Below are positions 10,222 to 19,740 of a DNA stretch of 64,000 nt, piece by piece. A program made the position numbers and the translations under genes. Source of the stretch: Candidatus Woesearchaeota archaeon (GTDB lineage: Archaea; Nanobdellota; Nanobdellia; Pacearchaeales; GW2011-AR1); contig CAYXTT010000001.1 of the NCBI GenBank assembly GCA_964468545.1, forward strand, positions 1,894-65,893, in the 5' to 3' direction. Within the stretch, counting starts at the first letter, position 1; each line of letters opens with the position of its first letter. The notes under the pieces were generated by a model. The model searched no databases, was not told the origin of the DNA, and saw only the letters and a program-made list of their open reading frames with translations.

Positions 10222-10491
10222 ATGACAAAAAGAGGAAAACTAGAAATAATAAAAGACGTCCTATCTATAATTTATAAAAACCACAACTCCATAAAAATAA
10301 CCCCGCTAATAAGACAATCAAACATATCATCCACAAGATTCAAGGAATACTATTCTGAACTACTTAACAAAAATCTCATAAAAGAAAATAACCACAAAGA
10401 AAACAAAACAATCTCCCTTACCGACAAAGGACATCAGTTCCTAGAAAAATACAAAACGATAATCAACTTCATCAACGAATTCGAATTATAA
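10222..10491 (+). CDS. Small winged-helix-like putative transcriptional regulator.
   Basis: 89 aa, basic and helix-rich. It is translationally coupled to the membrane protein upstream. Confidence 0.35.
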   Translation: MTKRGKLEIIKDVLSIIYKNHNSIKITPLIRQSNISSTRFKEYYSELLNKNLIKENNHKENKTISLTDKGHQFLEKYKTIINFINEFEL

Positions 10492-10492
10492 T

Positions 10493-10972
10493 TCAAGAAC
10501 TCGCCGCCTCCAAAATATCCAAATTAATCTTCCCTAAATTCTGAACAAGATAAGTATGCAACTTCTTAATCACCAAATCCTGCAATCCCTCCTTCAACAT
10601 CCCATGACATCTCCCGATATTACTCTCTGGAATCATCACAACACCGTCGGGCAACACGCAACTCATCGTCTGATGCTCCAACCTAATCGAATCTTGATTA
10701 TTCAACTCTCCCACCAACAACTCGACATCAACTTCACACCCCGCGTCAGAACTCCCCTTAATTGTATACTCAAAAATCATATCCGTTCCACCAACAAACT
10801 TCACCCTATCACAATTTTTCAAATTCTCATTAAAACAATTCCAACTATCGCAACTCTTATAACTAAAAAACCGAAACCACGTAACAGCCAAAACAACAGC
10901 CAACAAAATCAAAACAATAACCAACTTCCAACCAAAACGTCGCGACTCCTTCTTTTTCAACATTCTTATCAA
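10493..10972 (-). CDS. Cys-containing secreted or membrane-anchored hypothetical protein.
   Basis: An N-terminal transmembrane helix (LVIVLILLAVVLAVTWF) and six Cys residues. Confidence 0.4.
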   Translation of the reverse strand: MIRMLKKKESRRFGWKLVIVLILLAVVLAVTWFRFFSYKSCDSWNCFNENLKNCDRVKFVGGTDMIFEYTIKGSSDAGCEVDVELLVGELNNQDSIRLEHQTMSCVLPDGVVMIPESNIGRCHGMLKEGLQDLVIKKLHTYLVQNLGKINLDILEAASS

Positions 10973-11039
10973 AACAAAAAGAAGTATATAAAACTTATCA
11001 AAACAAAAAACAAAAAGCCCTCAAACAAGGGTATTAATT

Positions 11040-12191
11040 TTAAAGCGAAATTAACTGAACACTATCTGACGAAACCTTGCCAAACGTCTTCGCCGCCACC
11101 GCCCTCGAACCAAGTTTTTCAGCGGCCTCGACGACAACATCGGTCGCAGACAAAACCATCAAAACAAAAGCGTCCTTCGCATCAACACTATCAAGTTTCG
11201 AAACAGGAATATTCTCGACAACTTTCAAATCTTCGTTAACAACAAGAACATTCCGCCCCTTGATTTCAGAAGCAATCTCTCTCAACTTGACAATATCGTC
11301 ATCACTCAAATTCCTCCGAACAACATTCTCATTAGAGTTACGATTTGCAATCTGCGAACTGAAATCAGATTTACTCAAAAAAACCCGAGTCGGAACTTTT
11401 TTCCTAAGGGCCTGTAAAATTTCCTTCCCGGCCAACTCCTCGACTTCCTTACCATCAGGCGCAACAGCGATATAAACAACCTTCGCATTATCACAAACAT
11501 TCTGTGCAATCAATTTTCCACCCCTATCACCGTCGACAAACAAGGTTAATTCCTTACTCTCTCCCAACGTCGCGATTGTTCTAGGAAACCGAGTCCCCTG
11601 CATTCCAATAACATTCTTAATGCCACACTTCAACAAATTGATAACATCAGCTCGCCCCTCGACAACAATAATATCATCAGACGAATCAACATCAGGACCA
11701 GCAGCCAAACTTTCCGGACCATAACTTACAACCTTCGAAACTCGCGTCGAATCTCTCAACTCAGCTCCCATCTCCGTCGAATCCATTCCTTTATTCTTAA
11801 TCCCAGCCAACAAAGCCTTCGCCCGCTCCATAATATAATCACGTTTCGAACCGCGAACATCAGAAATATCTCGAATAGTTATCTTCGCATCCGTCGGACC
11901 AATTTTGTCAATCGTCTCCAAAGCCGCAGCAATAATCGTCGTCTCTGTCTTATCCAAAGCAGTCGGAATCACAATCTCACCAGTCGTCTTCCCATTCTCA
12001 GAATTCAAATCAACCTCGATGCGGCCAATCTTTCCTTCCTTCTGAAGCTCCCGTAATTCCATATCAGAACCAAGCAAACCCTCGGTCTGCCCAAACAAAG
12101 CCCCAATAACATCCGGTTTTTGAAACGGACCCTCAGCCACAAAATCAGCAATAATCGAATACTTTATCGACGTCGGACTAATCTTGGCCAT
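11040..12191 (-). CDS. dnaG: Archaeal DnaG primase (Toprim domain).
   Basis: The N-terminus ...FQKPDVIGALFGQTEGLLG and the Toprim motif IIVVEGRADVINLLKCG. The size, 383 aa, is typical. Confidence 0.85.
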   Translation of the reverse strand: MAKISPTSIKYSIIADFVAEGPFQKPDVIGALFGQTEGLLGSDMELRELQKEGKIGRIEVDLNSENGKTTGEIVIPTALDKTETTIIAAALETIDKIGPTDAKITIRDISDVRGSKRDYIMERAKALLAGIKNKGMDSTEMGAELRDSTRVSKVVSYGPESLAAGPDVDSSDDIIVVEGRADVINLLKCGIKNVIGMQGTRFPRTIATLGESKELTLFVDGDRGGKLIAQNVCDNAKVVYIAVAPDGKEVEELAGKEILQALRKKVPTRVFLSKSDFSSQIANRNSNENVVRRNLSDDDIVKLREIASEIKGRNVLVVNEDLKVVENIPVSKLDSVDAKDAFVLMVLSATDVVVEAAEKLGSRAVAAKTFGKVSSDSVQLISL

Positions 12192-12485
12192 CTCGTCTTA
12201 AAACAAAACAACCTACGATATTTTTACAAATTTTCTTTGCCATTTTATTCTCCATATTTAATTCATTAGAAATATACCTAGTTAAACTTTCCAACCGTGA
12301 ATATGATAATCATGAACTGCAGGTAATCCCTAACGAAAAACACAGCAAATTTCAACTTATAAATCTTTCCAATAAACAATTAACAACAACCAACCCTTTA
12401 AACCCTTTTCCATATTTCAAAACCAAAAAAATTTCACACAAATATTTATAAAGATTTTATCCGCTAAAAAATAAATAAAGAGGAC

Positions 12486-12563
12486 ATGGAAAACAAAAAA
12501 GACAGCGACCTCGAAGATGAAGAGTTTGATGACGAAGAAGAACTCGAAGATGAAGAGGAATAA
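12486..12563 (+). CDS. 25-aa hyper-acidic micro-ORF (MENKKDSDLEDEEFDDEEELEDEEE).
   Basis: A strong Shine-Dalgarno-like AAAGAGGAC lies 4 nt upstream of the ATG. It is divergent from dnaG. Confidence 0.3.
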   Translation: MENKKDSDLEDEEFDDEEELEDEEE

Positions 12564-12574
12564 TCCAAAACAAA

Positions 12575-12655
12575 ATGCCCGAAGAAGAAACTGATTTGAA
12601 CGCAGACTATATGGACATGAATCCAGACGTTGACCTAGAAGAAGACCTCGAATAA
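12575..12655 (+). CDS. 26-aa acidic micro-ORF (MPEEETDLNADYMDMNPDVDLEEDLE).
   Basis: It follows 11 nt after the first micro-ORF and has a weaker ribosome-binding site. Confidence 0.25.
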   Translation: MPEEETDLNADYMDMNPDVDLEEDLE

Positions 12656-12706
12656 TTTTTCTTATTTTATTTTATCCGAACTAAAAACTAATATCTAATA
12701 CCTTAA

Positions 12707-13270
12707 CTAATCACCCAGCATCCGCGCCTCTCTAAACATCCCTAATGCCTTATACATCTTCAACAATTTTTCCCTAATCTCACTCTTTTCCATCTCATCC
12801 AAATTCATCTTAATCAACTTCTCATAAAATTTCACCGCCCCCAACCTCTTCCCACTCATCTCCAAATCTCTCGCCAAAACAAAATAAATATTTTTTCTCG
12901 CCAACTTTATTTTCGCCATTTCAACATTATTAGCTTCCCGCCCCGCCCGAATAAACATCTCCTCAGCGTCGTCAATCTTCCCAACTTTCGTAAACAACTC
13001 AGCCGCGCTCAAATAACTCTCGACCTTGTCCCGAAAAGAAATCTCAATCCCTGCCCTGTTCGCCATCGCCTTCGCCGCTTTCTCAAACATCTTCCTCTCT
13101 TTATATAACTCGCACAACTCCCCCCACAAAAATCTCTTAATCTCAAAATTAAACCCCGGCACTCGCACCGCCGACTCCAAATAAATAATCTTATTCAAAG
13201 CCGTATTCATCTCTTTCAACTTCTCCACAATCTCTTCAACCGTCCGCTCCCGCACTTGAATTCCCATCAC
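12707..13270 (-). CDS. Helical, TPR-like hypothetical protein.
   Basis: 187 aa with a helix-repeat character. A GTG-ATG start lies directly after a 36-nt promoter-like repeat. Confidence 0.45.
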   Translation of the reverse strand: MMGIQVRERTVEEIVEKLKEMNTALNKIIYLESAVRVPGFNFEIKRFLWGELCELYKERKMFEKAAKAMANRAGIEISFRDKVESYLSAAELFTKVGKIDDAEEMFIRAGREANNVEMAKIKLARKNIYFVLARDLEMSGKRLGAVKFYEKLIKMNLDEMEKSEIREKLLKMYKALGMFREARMLGD

Positions 13271-13300
13271 AAAAAAACGAAGAGAGAGTTTTTAAGAATT
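13264..13300 (-). promoter_or_regulatory. Copy 1 of a 36-nt leaderless-promoter-like repeat (AATTCTTAAAAACTCTCTCTTCGTTTTTTTGTG-ATG).
   Basis: A TATA-like CTTAAAAA sits about 25 nt upstream of the start codon. It is near-identical to copy 2. Confidence 0.5.
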
Positions 13301-13721
13301 ATTGCGATAGAGTTTTTTCCAAGCAATCATAAGTCCCAAAAAAACGATAACCACTTTTCTCTCGTGACGCTCCACGCCCCTTGGCAACATAACATCCTAC
13401 TGTCTCAGCTCCAACTTCCCTGACTCTCTTCTCTGCCTCTTCCATTAACTGAACAGCAAGCCCCCTGCCAAGCCCTTTATTTCTATAATCCTCACTAACA
13501 GCTAATCTAAAAATCGTCGCCATCCACGGGTCCAAAACCACAGCCACACTCCCGACAATTCTCTCATCATCCTCAGCCAAAATAATAGACCCAGGAGAAA
13601 ATTCAATCTTCTGCCGAAGCAAACTTCTCTTGTCAGAACTAGGGATATAAAGACCGACAGAAGTCCACAACCCTATAACCCCATCATAATCCGAATCAGT
13701 ATAACCCCTAATCACAACCAT
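13299..13721 (-). CDS. GNAT-family N-acetyltransferase.
   Basis: The acetyl-CoA-binding motif RNKGLGRGLAVQLMEEAE and the GNAT fold pattern. Confidence 0.75.
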   Translation of the reverse strand: MVVIRGYTDSDYDGVIGLWTSVGLYIPSSDKRSLLRQKIEFSPGSIILAEDDERIVGSVAVVLDPWMATIFRLAVSEDYRNKGLGRGLAVQLMEEAEKRVREVGAETVGCYVAKGRGASREKSGYRFFGTYDCLEKTLSQ

Positions 13722-13758
13722 TACAAAAAAACAAAGAGAGACTTTTTAAGAATTTAGA
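13722..13758 (-). promoter_or_regulatory. Copy 2 of the 36-nt promoter-like repeat, immediately upstream of the GNAT ATG.
   Basis: AATTCTTAAAAAGTCTCTCTTTGTTTTTTTGTA-ATG. It differs from copy 1 at 2-3 positions. Confidence 0.5.
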
Positions 13759-13810
13759 TACTTTACAACAAAAAAAAACAAAACAGGAATTAAAAATAAA
13801 TTCCTAAAAA

Positions 13811-15091
13811 TTATATTTTTTTCTCGACGAGGGATTTACAAACTCCAGCAGCAACAGTAACCCCAGCATCTCGAATCGCGAACCTCGACATGTTTGGATT
13901 CTTATCAGCAGACTCCAAAACAAGATTCCCAATCGGCTTAACTCTAACAATCGCAACATCTCCATTTTTCAAAAAATCTGGATTCTGTTGTGAAACCTGT
14001 CCCGTCGCTGGGTCCAACTTCGCCTTAAGTTCAATGAATTGACATGGAACCTGAGCCGTGTGAACATGGAAAACTGGTGTATACCCTTTTGCAATAACAG
14101 TCGGATGATTAATCACAGCAATCTGTGCCTCAAACTCCTCGACCATACTTGCCGGATGAGCCGCATCACAGATAACATCCCCTCGAGCAACATCTTTCTT
14201 GCCAACGCCTCGAATGTTAACACCAACATTGTCTCCAGCTTCAGCTTCTTTCAACTGCTCATGGTGAGCCTCAATACTTCGAACCTCACCCTGAATACCA
14301 GCCCCAGACCGACCTGGAATCACAATAATTTTTTGCCCAACTTTCATAATTCCAGTCTCAACCTTTCCTACAGGAACCGTACCAATTCCAGTAATCTCAT
14401 AGACATCCTGAATCGGCATCCTCATTGGTAAGCCCGTCGGTTTTTCAGGTGCAGGGAACTTATCAATCTGTTCCAAAACAGTAGGACCGGTATACCAAGC
14501 CATCTTATCAGATTTCTTAGCGATATTATCACCCTTCAAAGCGGAACCCGCAATAAAAGGCACATCCTTGTATCCTACCTTGCTAATAACATCAGTAACA
14601 TTTTTCTTAACCTCATTAAACTTCTCTTCGGAATAATTAACAACATCCATCTTATTCACAAGAACTGCAAGTTGCTTAACTCCCATAGTTCGAAGCAAAG
14701 AAACATGCTCCCGAGTTTGTGGTTGAACACCACCATCAGCTGCTACAACTAAAAACGCCGCATCTGCCTGTGAAGCACCAGTAATCATATTCTTGACAAA
14801 ATCCTTGTGCCCAGGCGCGTCAATAATAGTAACCTCAAAATTCTTCGTGACAATTTTCTTGTAAGACAAGTTAATAGTAACTCCTCTCTCCCGCTCCTCT
14901 TTAAGATTATCCATCACATACGCAAATTCAAATCCGGCCTTACCATGCTTTTCCGCTTCTTCCTTGAACTTTTTCATTTCCTGTTCGGAAACCATCCCAC
15001 TATCATAGAAAAGTCTGCCAACACAAGTCGACTTCCCGTGATCAACATGTCCGACGAAGACAACATTAATTCCTGGTTTTGTTTTAGCCAT
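13811..15091 (-). CDS. tuf: Translation elongation factor 1-alpha (aEF-1alpha / EF-Tu).
   Basis: [30 protein letters not shown] and NKMD. 426 aa. Confidence 0.95.
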   Translation of the reverse strand: MAKTKPGINVVFVGHVDHGKSTCVGRLFYDSGMVSEQEMKKFKEEAEKHGKAGFEFAYVMDNLKEERERGVTINLSYKKIVTKNFEVTIIDAPGHKDFVKNMITGASQADAAFLVVAADGGVQPQTREHVSLLRTMGVKQLAVLVNKMDVVNYSEEKFNEVKKNVTDVISKVGYKDVPFIAGSALKGDNIAKKSDKMAWYTGPTVLEQIDKFPAPEKPTGLPMRMPIQDVYEITGIGTVPVGKVETGIMKVGQKIIVIPGRSGAGIQGEVRSIEAHHEQLKEAEAGDNVGVNIRGVGKKDVARGDVICDAAHPASMVEEFEAQIAVINHPTVIAKGYTPVFHVHTAQVPCQFIELKAKLDPATGQVSQQNPDFLKNGDVAIVRVKPIGNLVLESADKNPNMSRFAIRDAGVTVAAGVCKSLVEKKI

Positions 15092-15321
15092 ATTATATTA
15101 ATTAAAATTTAGGTTTTTAAAGATTGCGGTTGTGAAAAAAATTTTTAAAAAATAAAAAATAAAATTTACAATCACAAACCGGACAATCGAAAACCACATA
15201 ACTTTCATATCATCCGACGACAACTCTTAAAAAATTCACCACCAACTTATCCTAACATTACAATCGCGCACGAAGCGCGAAACACTCGCGAAAAAAATTT
15301 AACAACACTGTCCCCTCCCAC

Positions 15322-15392
15322 GCGAAACAAAATTTTGGGCGCAGATTGTCCGACGAAGTTGGACGACGCCATAGAAAAATTTTGTTTCGCAC
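15322..15392. other. Long hairpin in the 370-nt tuf-fusA spacer. A 15-bp stem, GCGAAACAAAATTTT...AAAATTTTGTTTCGC, encloses a 40-nt loop.
   Basis: The inverted repeat is read from the sequence. Nearby are a GCGAAAC triplicate, a CGCGC-acgaa-GCGCG hairpin, and the palindrome AGAGGATATCCTCT at 15441-15454 just downstream of the fusA stop. Confidence 0.4.
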
Positions 15393-15460
15393 TAAATACG
15401 AAATCGTAGATTTCGCTTAACCAAGGAGATACAGAGCCAAAGAGGATATCCTCTTAGGCC

Positions 15461-17632
15461 TTATTGATTCTCCGCCAACCCCTTCCGACTTCTAATCTGC
15501 TTAATCACTTTCGCCTGCAACTCCGACGGCAATCTCTTGAACGACTGCGACACCAATGATGAAACTCCTCGTCCCTCCGTCGCTGAACGCAAATCCGAAG
15601 TCCACCCAATCATCTCTTGAACTGGGAGCTCAGCCCGAATTATAATCCCGCTCTCATCCTGCTGAACATCAACCAATGTCCCCCTCTTCGTCGAAACCAA
15701 ACTCGTCACCGCCCCCATAAAATCCGTCGGCGCTTCAATCTGGTGAATCTGAACCGGCTCAAAAATCACAGGCGTCGCCTTCGCAAACGCTTCCTTAATC
15801 GCATCACGAACCGCCGGATAAACTTGCGCCGGCCCACGATGAATCGCGTCCTCATGCAACTTCATGTCAACAACCGAAACTTTCATCTTATGACACGGCT
15901 CCCTCGCCAACGGCCCCGCATCCATAACCTGCTCAAACGCATCCAGCAACAACTCAATCACTTCGCCAATCTGCACAATCCCCTTCGTCCTATCCAAAAA
16001 AATCGAACCCTTGTAAATATCCCTATACTGTTGCGCCTCATCCCTCGGTATACCAAGTTTAACCAGTGTCTCATCCAAAGTCTTGTCCTTCTTTTTCATC
16101 CTCCCCTTCGGCAAAATCCCGTCGGCAATCGCCGCAACAATCGACTCCTCCAACGGCTCAACTGTAACAAAAAAATCATTATGCTTATTCGGCGTTCTCC
16201 CGACAGCAACACCACTCGGCTTCACAACTGACTCACGAAAAACAACAATCGGCGGACCCATCTCAACCTCAAGCCCTTTCTCTGTCTTAATTCGATTTTC
16301 AATAATTTCCAAATGTAACTCGCCCATCCCAGAAATCAACGACTCCCCCGTCTCATCATTAATCTCAATCCTCAATCCCGGGTCCTCTTTCCCAACCTGT
16401 CTCAAAATCTCAATCAGCTTCGGCAAATCTGCAGTTCTCTTCGCCGCAATCGACTTCGTAACAACCGGTTCAAACAAATGACTAATCGCCTCGAACGGCT
16501 CAATCGGATTTCTCGAAATCGTCTCGCCAACGACAACATCTCTCAACCCGACAATCCCAACAATATTCCCAGCAACAACCTCATCTAACTGAACTCTCGA
16601 CGCACCTTTGTAAATCGAAACCTGTTGCGCCCGAACTTTCGTCCCCGCAATATTCATATACAACTCATCACCCTGTTTAATTTTCCCTCCAAACAATCTG
16701 CCACAAGCAACCTCCCCCGCGTGCGGATCAACCACAATCTTAATCGGCACAAACGCAACTTCACCGTCGATATTACAACTCCTCAAATCCTTCCCAACCT
16801 CTGAATTAATATCGCCATGCCAAATTTTCGGAATCCTATAATCCTGCGCCTGAACCGGGTCCGGATGATTCCTAATAACCATATTCAAAATAACCTCATG
16901 AATCGGCGCCCTCTTCGCCAACTCCTTATAATTCTCCCCACCCTTCTCATACGCTTCAATAATCTCCTTGAACGAAATCCCTTTCTTCTTCATATATGGA
17001 ATACTCAAAGCCCAATTATGAAACGCCGACCCAAACGCAACCGACCCATCACCGACGCCAACTTGCCACTTCTGCTTATAATCCGATTCCGCAATCTCCG
17101 CAATCAACTTGTTCACCGAATTAATAATATCGACAAATCTCTTCTGCATTTCCTCCGGCGTCAACTTAACCTCACGAATCAACCTATCAACTTTATTGAT
17201 AAACAAAATAGGCTTAACCCTCTCCTTCAACGCCTGTCTCAAAACCGTCTCCGTCTGCGGCATAATTCCCTCAGACGCACAACACAAAACAATCGCGCCA
17301 TCAACCGCCCTCATCGCTCTCGTAACATCCCCGCCAAAATCAACATGCCCAGGCGTATCAATCAAATTAATCAAATAATCCTGCCCCTCAAACTTATGGA
17401 CCATCGACACCGACGCTGAATCAATCGTAATCCCACGCTCCGCCTCATCCTCGTGAAAATCCAAAGTCCGCGCCTTCCCCGCCAACGCCTCCGACATCAT
17501 CCCAGCCCCCGCCAAAAGATTATCCGAAAACGTCGTCTTCCCGTGGTCAATGTGCGCGCAAATCGCAATATTCCGAATATGCTTCGGCTCATTCTGCAAT
17601 TCCTTAACTCTCGCCATCGTATCAACTGCCAT
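15461..17632 (-). CDS. fusA: Translation elongation factor 2 (aEF-2).
   Basis: AHIDHGKTT and the diphthamide region HEDAIHRGPAQV. 723 aa. Confidence 0.95.
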   Translation of the reverse strand: MAVDTMARVKELQNEPKHIRNIAICAHIDHGKTTFSDNLLAGAGMMSEALAGKARTLDFHEDEAERGITIDSASVSMVHKFEGQDYLINLIDTPGHVDFGGDVTRAMRAVDGAIVLCCASEGIMPQTETVLRQALKERVKPILFINKVDRLIREVKLTPEEMQKRFVDIINSVNKLIAEIAESDYKQKWQVGVGDGSVAFGSAFHNWALSIPYMKKKGISFKEIIEAYEKGGENYKELAKRAPIHEVILNMVIRNHPDPVQAQDYRIPKIWHGDINSEVGKDLRSCNIDGEVAFVPIKIVVDPHAGEVACGRLFGGKIKQGDELYMNIAGTKVRAQQVSIYKGASRVQLDEVVAGNIVGIVGLRDVVVGETISRNPIEPFEAISHLFEPVVTKSIAAKRTADLPKLIEILRQVGKEDPGLRIEINDETGESLISGMGELHLEIIENRIKTEKGLEVEMGPPIVVFRESVVKPSGVAVGRTPNKHNDFFVTVEPLEESIVAAIADGILPKGRMKKKDKTLDETLVKLGIPRDEAQQYRDIYKGSIFLDRTKGIVQIGEVIELLLDAFEQVMDAGPLAREPCHKMKVSVVDMKLHEDAIHRGPAQVYPAVRDAIKEAFAKATPVIFEPVQIHQIEAPTDFMGAVTSLVSTKRGTLVDVQQDESGIIIRAELPVQEMIGWTSDLRSATEGRGVSSLVSQSFKRLPSELQAKVIKQIRSRKGLAENQ

Positions 17633-17791
17633 CTTAACAAATAAAAAATTCAGTTTAAAAATCTTTGGTGAAATAAATTTATACTAACCAATTTTAATTT
17701 ATATCAATAAATTTCGCAGCGTAAAAATTTTCGTGGTGTACTAACATACATAAGGAGAATTTTACTAAGAAATAGTCAGCGAAAATCAAAA

Positions 17792-18409
17792 TTATCTTGC
17801 TGCATCAGCCGCCTTTTCCGAATCATTCCTCTTCGAAATCGCATAACTCTCGCCAGAATTCGCCGCCGCCAGCATCAACTCCTTCGCCAACGCCTCGACA
17901 ATCGTCGCCTTTTTATTAAACGCCTTGTCATAAGCCCCATTTACAAAATATCTCAAAACTAAATTCAATCTCCGTCGCGGAGAAACATCAACCGCCTGCG
18001 GATACTTCGCCCCCCCATATTCAATCGATGTAACCTCGTCCCGTGGCGCCGCATTCTCAATCGCCTTCACAAAAACCTTCAACGGATTCTCCCCCGTGCT
18101 CTTCTCTATAATCTTAAACGCATCAATCACAATCATCGTGCACCTCGTCTGCTTCCCACTAATCCACCCCGTAATAATCCTGTGCTTCTTCCCTCGACTT
18201 CCCGGCACTTGCAACAAATTAATCAATCTCTCGACGACATTAACCTTCGCCCTCGTCGGGTCCCACTTAATCCTCCCATGCGATTTCAACAACAACTTCG
18301 GCGACAAATTCACAACTTTCTTCAATCCCGGATCCTCAACTCGAACCTCTGACGCATCAAACAATCCAAAAACTTTCATCTCTACCATCAAAAAACCGAC
18401 CTCCCACAC
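17792..18409 (-). CDS. rps7: Ribosomal protein S7.
   Basis: KVFGLFDASEVRVEDPGLKKV... The true start is probably the internal MKVFG (about 18379). Confidence 0.9.
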   Translation of the reverse strand: MWEVGFLMVEMKVFGLFDASEVRVEDPGLKKVVNLSPKLLLKSHGRIKWDPTRAKVNVVERLINLLQVPGSRGKKHRIITGWISGKQTRCTMIVIDAFKIIEKSTGENPLKVFVKAIENAAPRDEVTSIEYGGAKYPQAVDVSPRRRLNLVLRYFVNGAYDKAFNKKATIVEALAKELMLAAANSGESYAISKRNDSEKAADAAR

Positions 18410-18593
18410 ACCATAGAATTCATTTTATTAGACTGTCCATATAGACAAATTTCTCGCTGACCCTTCATTTTATCTTCCTCTCTAATAATTGTCCTATTAA
18501 ATGGAGCACCGACGATATACTCAACACTCACAAGCGTATCATACCTTCCATTAAAACCATCCTTATTATCTCTTAACCATCTCAACTCCCATA

Positions 18594-18730
18594 AAAAATC
18601 CGTGTTAGTCCGTGTTAGTCTATGTGCTATTTTTTCTCCAGTTACACAAGTCACACCAAGCAACCCAAGTCGTGCGACAAGCGACAAGCGACAAGCGACA
18701 AGCGCAATGAAATTTCTCTGAAATTTCATC
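18594..18730 (+). repeat. Composite repeat element A in the S12-S7 spacer. It has a CGTGTTAGTC decamer block, an AGTTACACAAG segment, (GCGACAA)x4 and the hairpin ATGAAATTTC-tct-GAAATTTCAT.
   Basis: Tandem repeats and the inverted repeat are read directly. It shares its architecture and partial sequence with element B at 23433-23565. Confidence 0.8.
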
Positions 18731-19148
18731 GTCTCCCCTTCTCAATCTTCCCCATCCACAATCTATCCAATGGCTGGTCATTCACTTTAATTACTTGAAA
18801 TCTAATCCCAGACAAATCCCCTTTCGTCCGTCCCTGCTTTCCACCAATCCTCTCAACTACAACCTCGTCGTGCTCATCGATAAATGTCTGCGCCAAGTTC
18901 CCAGGAATAAACGCCGTAACTTCTTTCCCGTTCTTAATCAACTGCACCTTGCAACATTTCCTCATAGCTGAGTTCGGCTGCTTCGCCTCTTTCTGAACTT
19001 TCTTTATAACAATCCCCTTCGCCTGCGACGCTCGCCCAATCGGGTCAAATTTCAAACTAATCCCAAGCCGTTTCTTTTTATGCGGCAACTTATTATCACG
19101 AAACTTTTTCCTATCCTTCTTCAACTTCCGCCCGCTCATTATTCCCAT
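18726..19148 (-). CDS. rps12: Ribosomal protein S12.
   Basis: GIVIKKVQKEAKQPNSAMRKCCKVQLIKNGKEVTAFIPG. Confidence 0.95.
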   Translation of the reverse strand: MGIMSGRKLKKDRKKFRDNKLPHKKKRLGISLKFDPIGRASQAKGIVIKKVQKEAKQPNSAMRKCCKVQLIKNGKEVTAFIPGNLAQTFIDEHDEVVVERIGGKQGRTKGDLSGIRFQVIKVNDQPLDRLWMGKIEKGRR

Positions 19149-19229
19149 ATCATATCAAGTGAAAAATCCCTTTAAAAACTTTTAGCAAAAATTTTTGATG
19201 AAACATTTCAATATATCCTACAAATTTCC

Positions 19230-19655
19230 CTACACAATCTTCAACTTCGCAATCCCAAAAAAATTTTTCAAAACATCTCCCAATTCTTTTTCTCTCAATC
19301 GCCCTCGGCCAATCAACGCCGCCTTGCTTTGCCTACCAGCCGTAAGAACAACCGAATCCCCCCTCACTTCAATCTTATTAAAATCAACCGGCGCAACAAC
19401 ATCCTCGACAAATTTCCCAATCTCCTCGGAACTATCCACCAACGGCATCGCAACAACTTTAATCTTCCTCCGCAAAATCTCATTCAATCTCTTTACATTA
19501 ACCGCCCCTTTCCCGATAGCCAAAGAAACTTTAAATCTCGGAACCGCAAAAATAATTTGATTATTATAAACAAAAACCCGCTTCGTCTGAACTCGCGTCG
19601 TCCTCTCAAACAAATTAATATACCTCATCAACTGCATGTCAATCGTCCCTGCCAT
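19230..19655 (-). CDS. nusA: Archaeal NusA-like transcription termination factor (KH domains).
   Basis: 141 aa, with the KH GxxG pattern LAIGKGAVNVKRL. It occupies the conserved position between L30e and S12. Confidence 0.8.
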   Translation of the reverse strand: MAGTIDMQLMRYINLFERTTRVQTKRVFVYNNQIIFAVPRFKVSLAIGKGAVNVKRLNEILRRKIKVVAMPLVDSSEEIGKFVEDVVAPVDFNKIEVRGDSVVLTAGRQSKAALIGRGRLREKELGDVLKNFFGIAKLKIV

Positions 19656-19675
19656 TATAATCCCCTCCTAAAAAA

Positions 19676-19740
19676 TCCGCGTTCATCCACACTCCTTTTT
19701 CTTTAGCAATACAAAAAGTTACACACAAATAACAATCCAT
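19676..19740 (+). repeat. Degenerate copy of the decamer element (AAAAATCCGCGTTCATCCACACTCC...AGTTACACACAA) in the nusA-L30e spacer.
   Basis: About 70% similar to the heads of elements A and B. Confidence 0.4.

Noticed and set aside
10556-11239. 227-aa + strand ORF overlapping dnaG and the 10493-10972 gene.
   Set aside because: It is a Gln/Asn/Pro-rich antisense artefact with no motifs, nested in confident - strand genes.
15617-17419. Long + strand ORFs antisense to EF-2, rpoA, rpoB, glyA and tmk-thyX (for example 15617-16231, 16817-17419, 22076-22780, 36608-37267, 42584-43438).
   Set aside because: They are Arg/Asn/Pro-rich low-complexity translations typical of the antisense strand of A-rich genes. 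They are fully nested in well-supported genes on the other strand.
18388-18729. 113-aa ORF on the - strand across the S12-S7 spacer.
   Set aside because: It is a read-through of repeat element A, translating the same LTRTNTDF peptide as the nrdG insertion. It overlaps the S7 start and has no independent coding signal.
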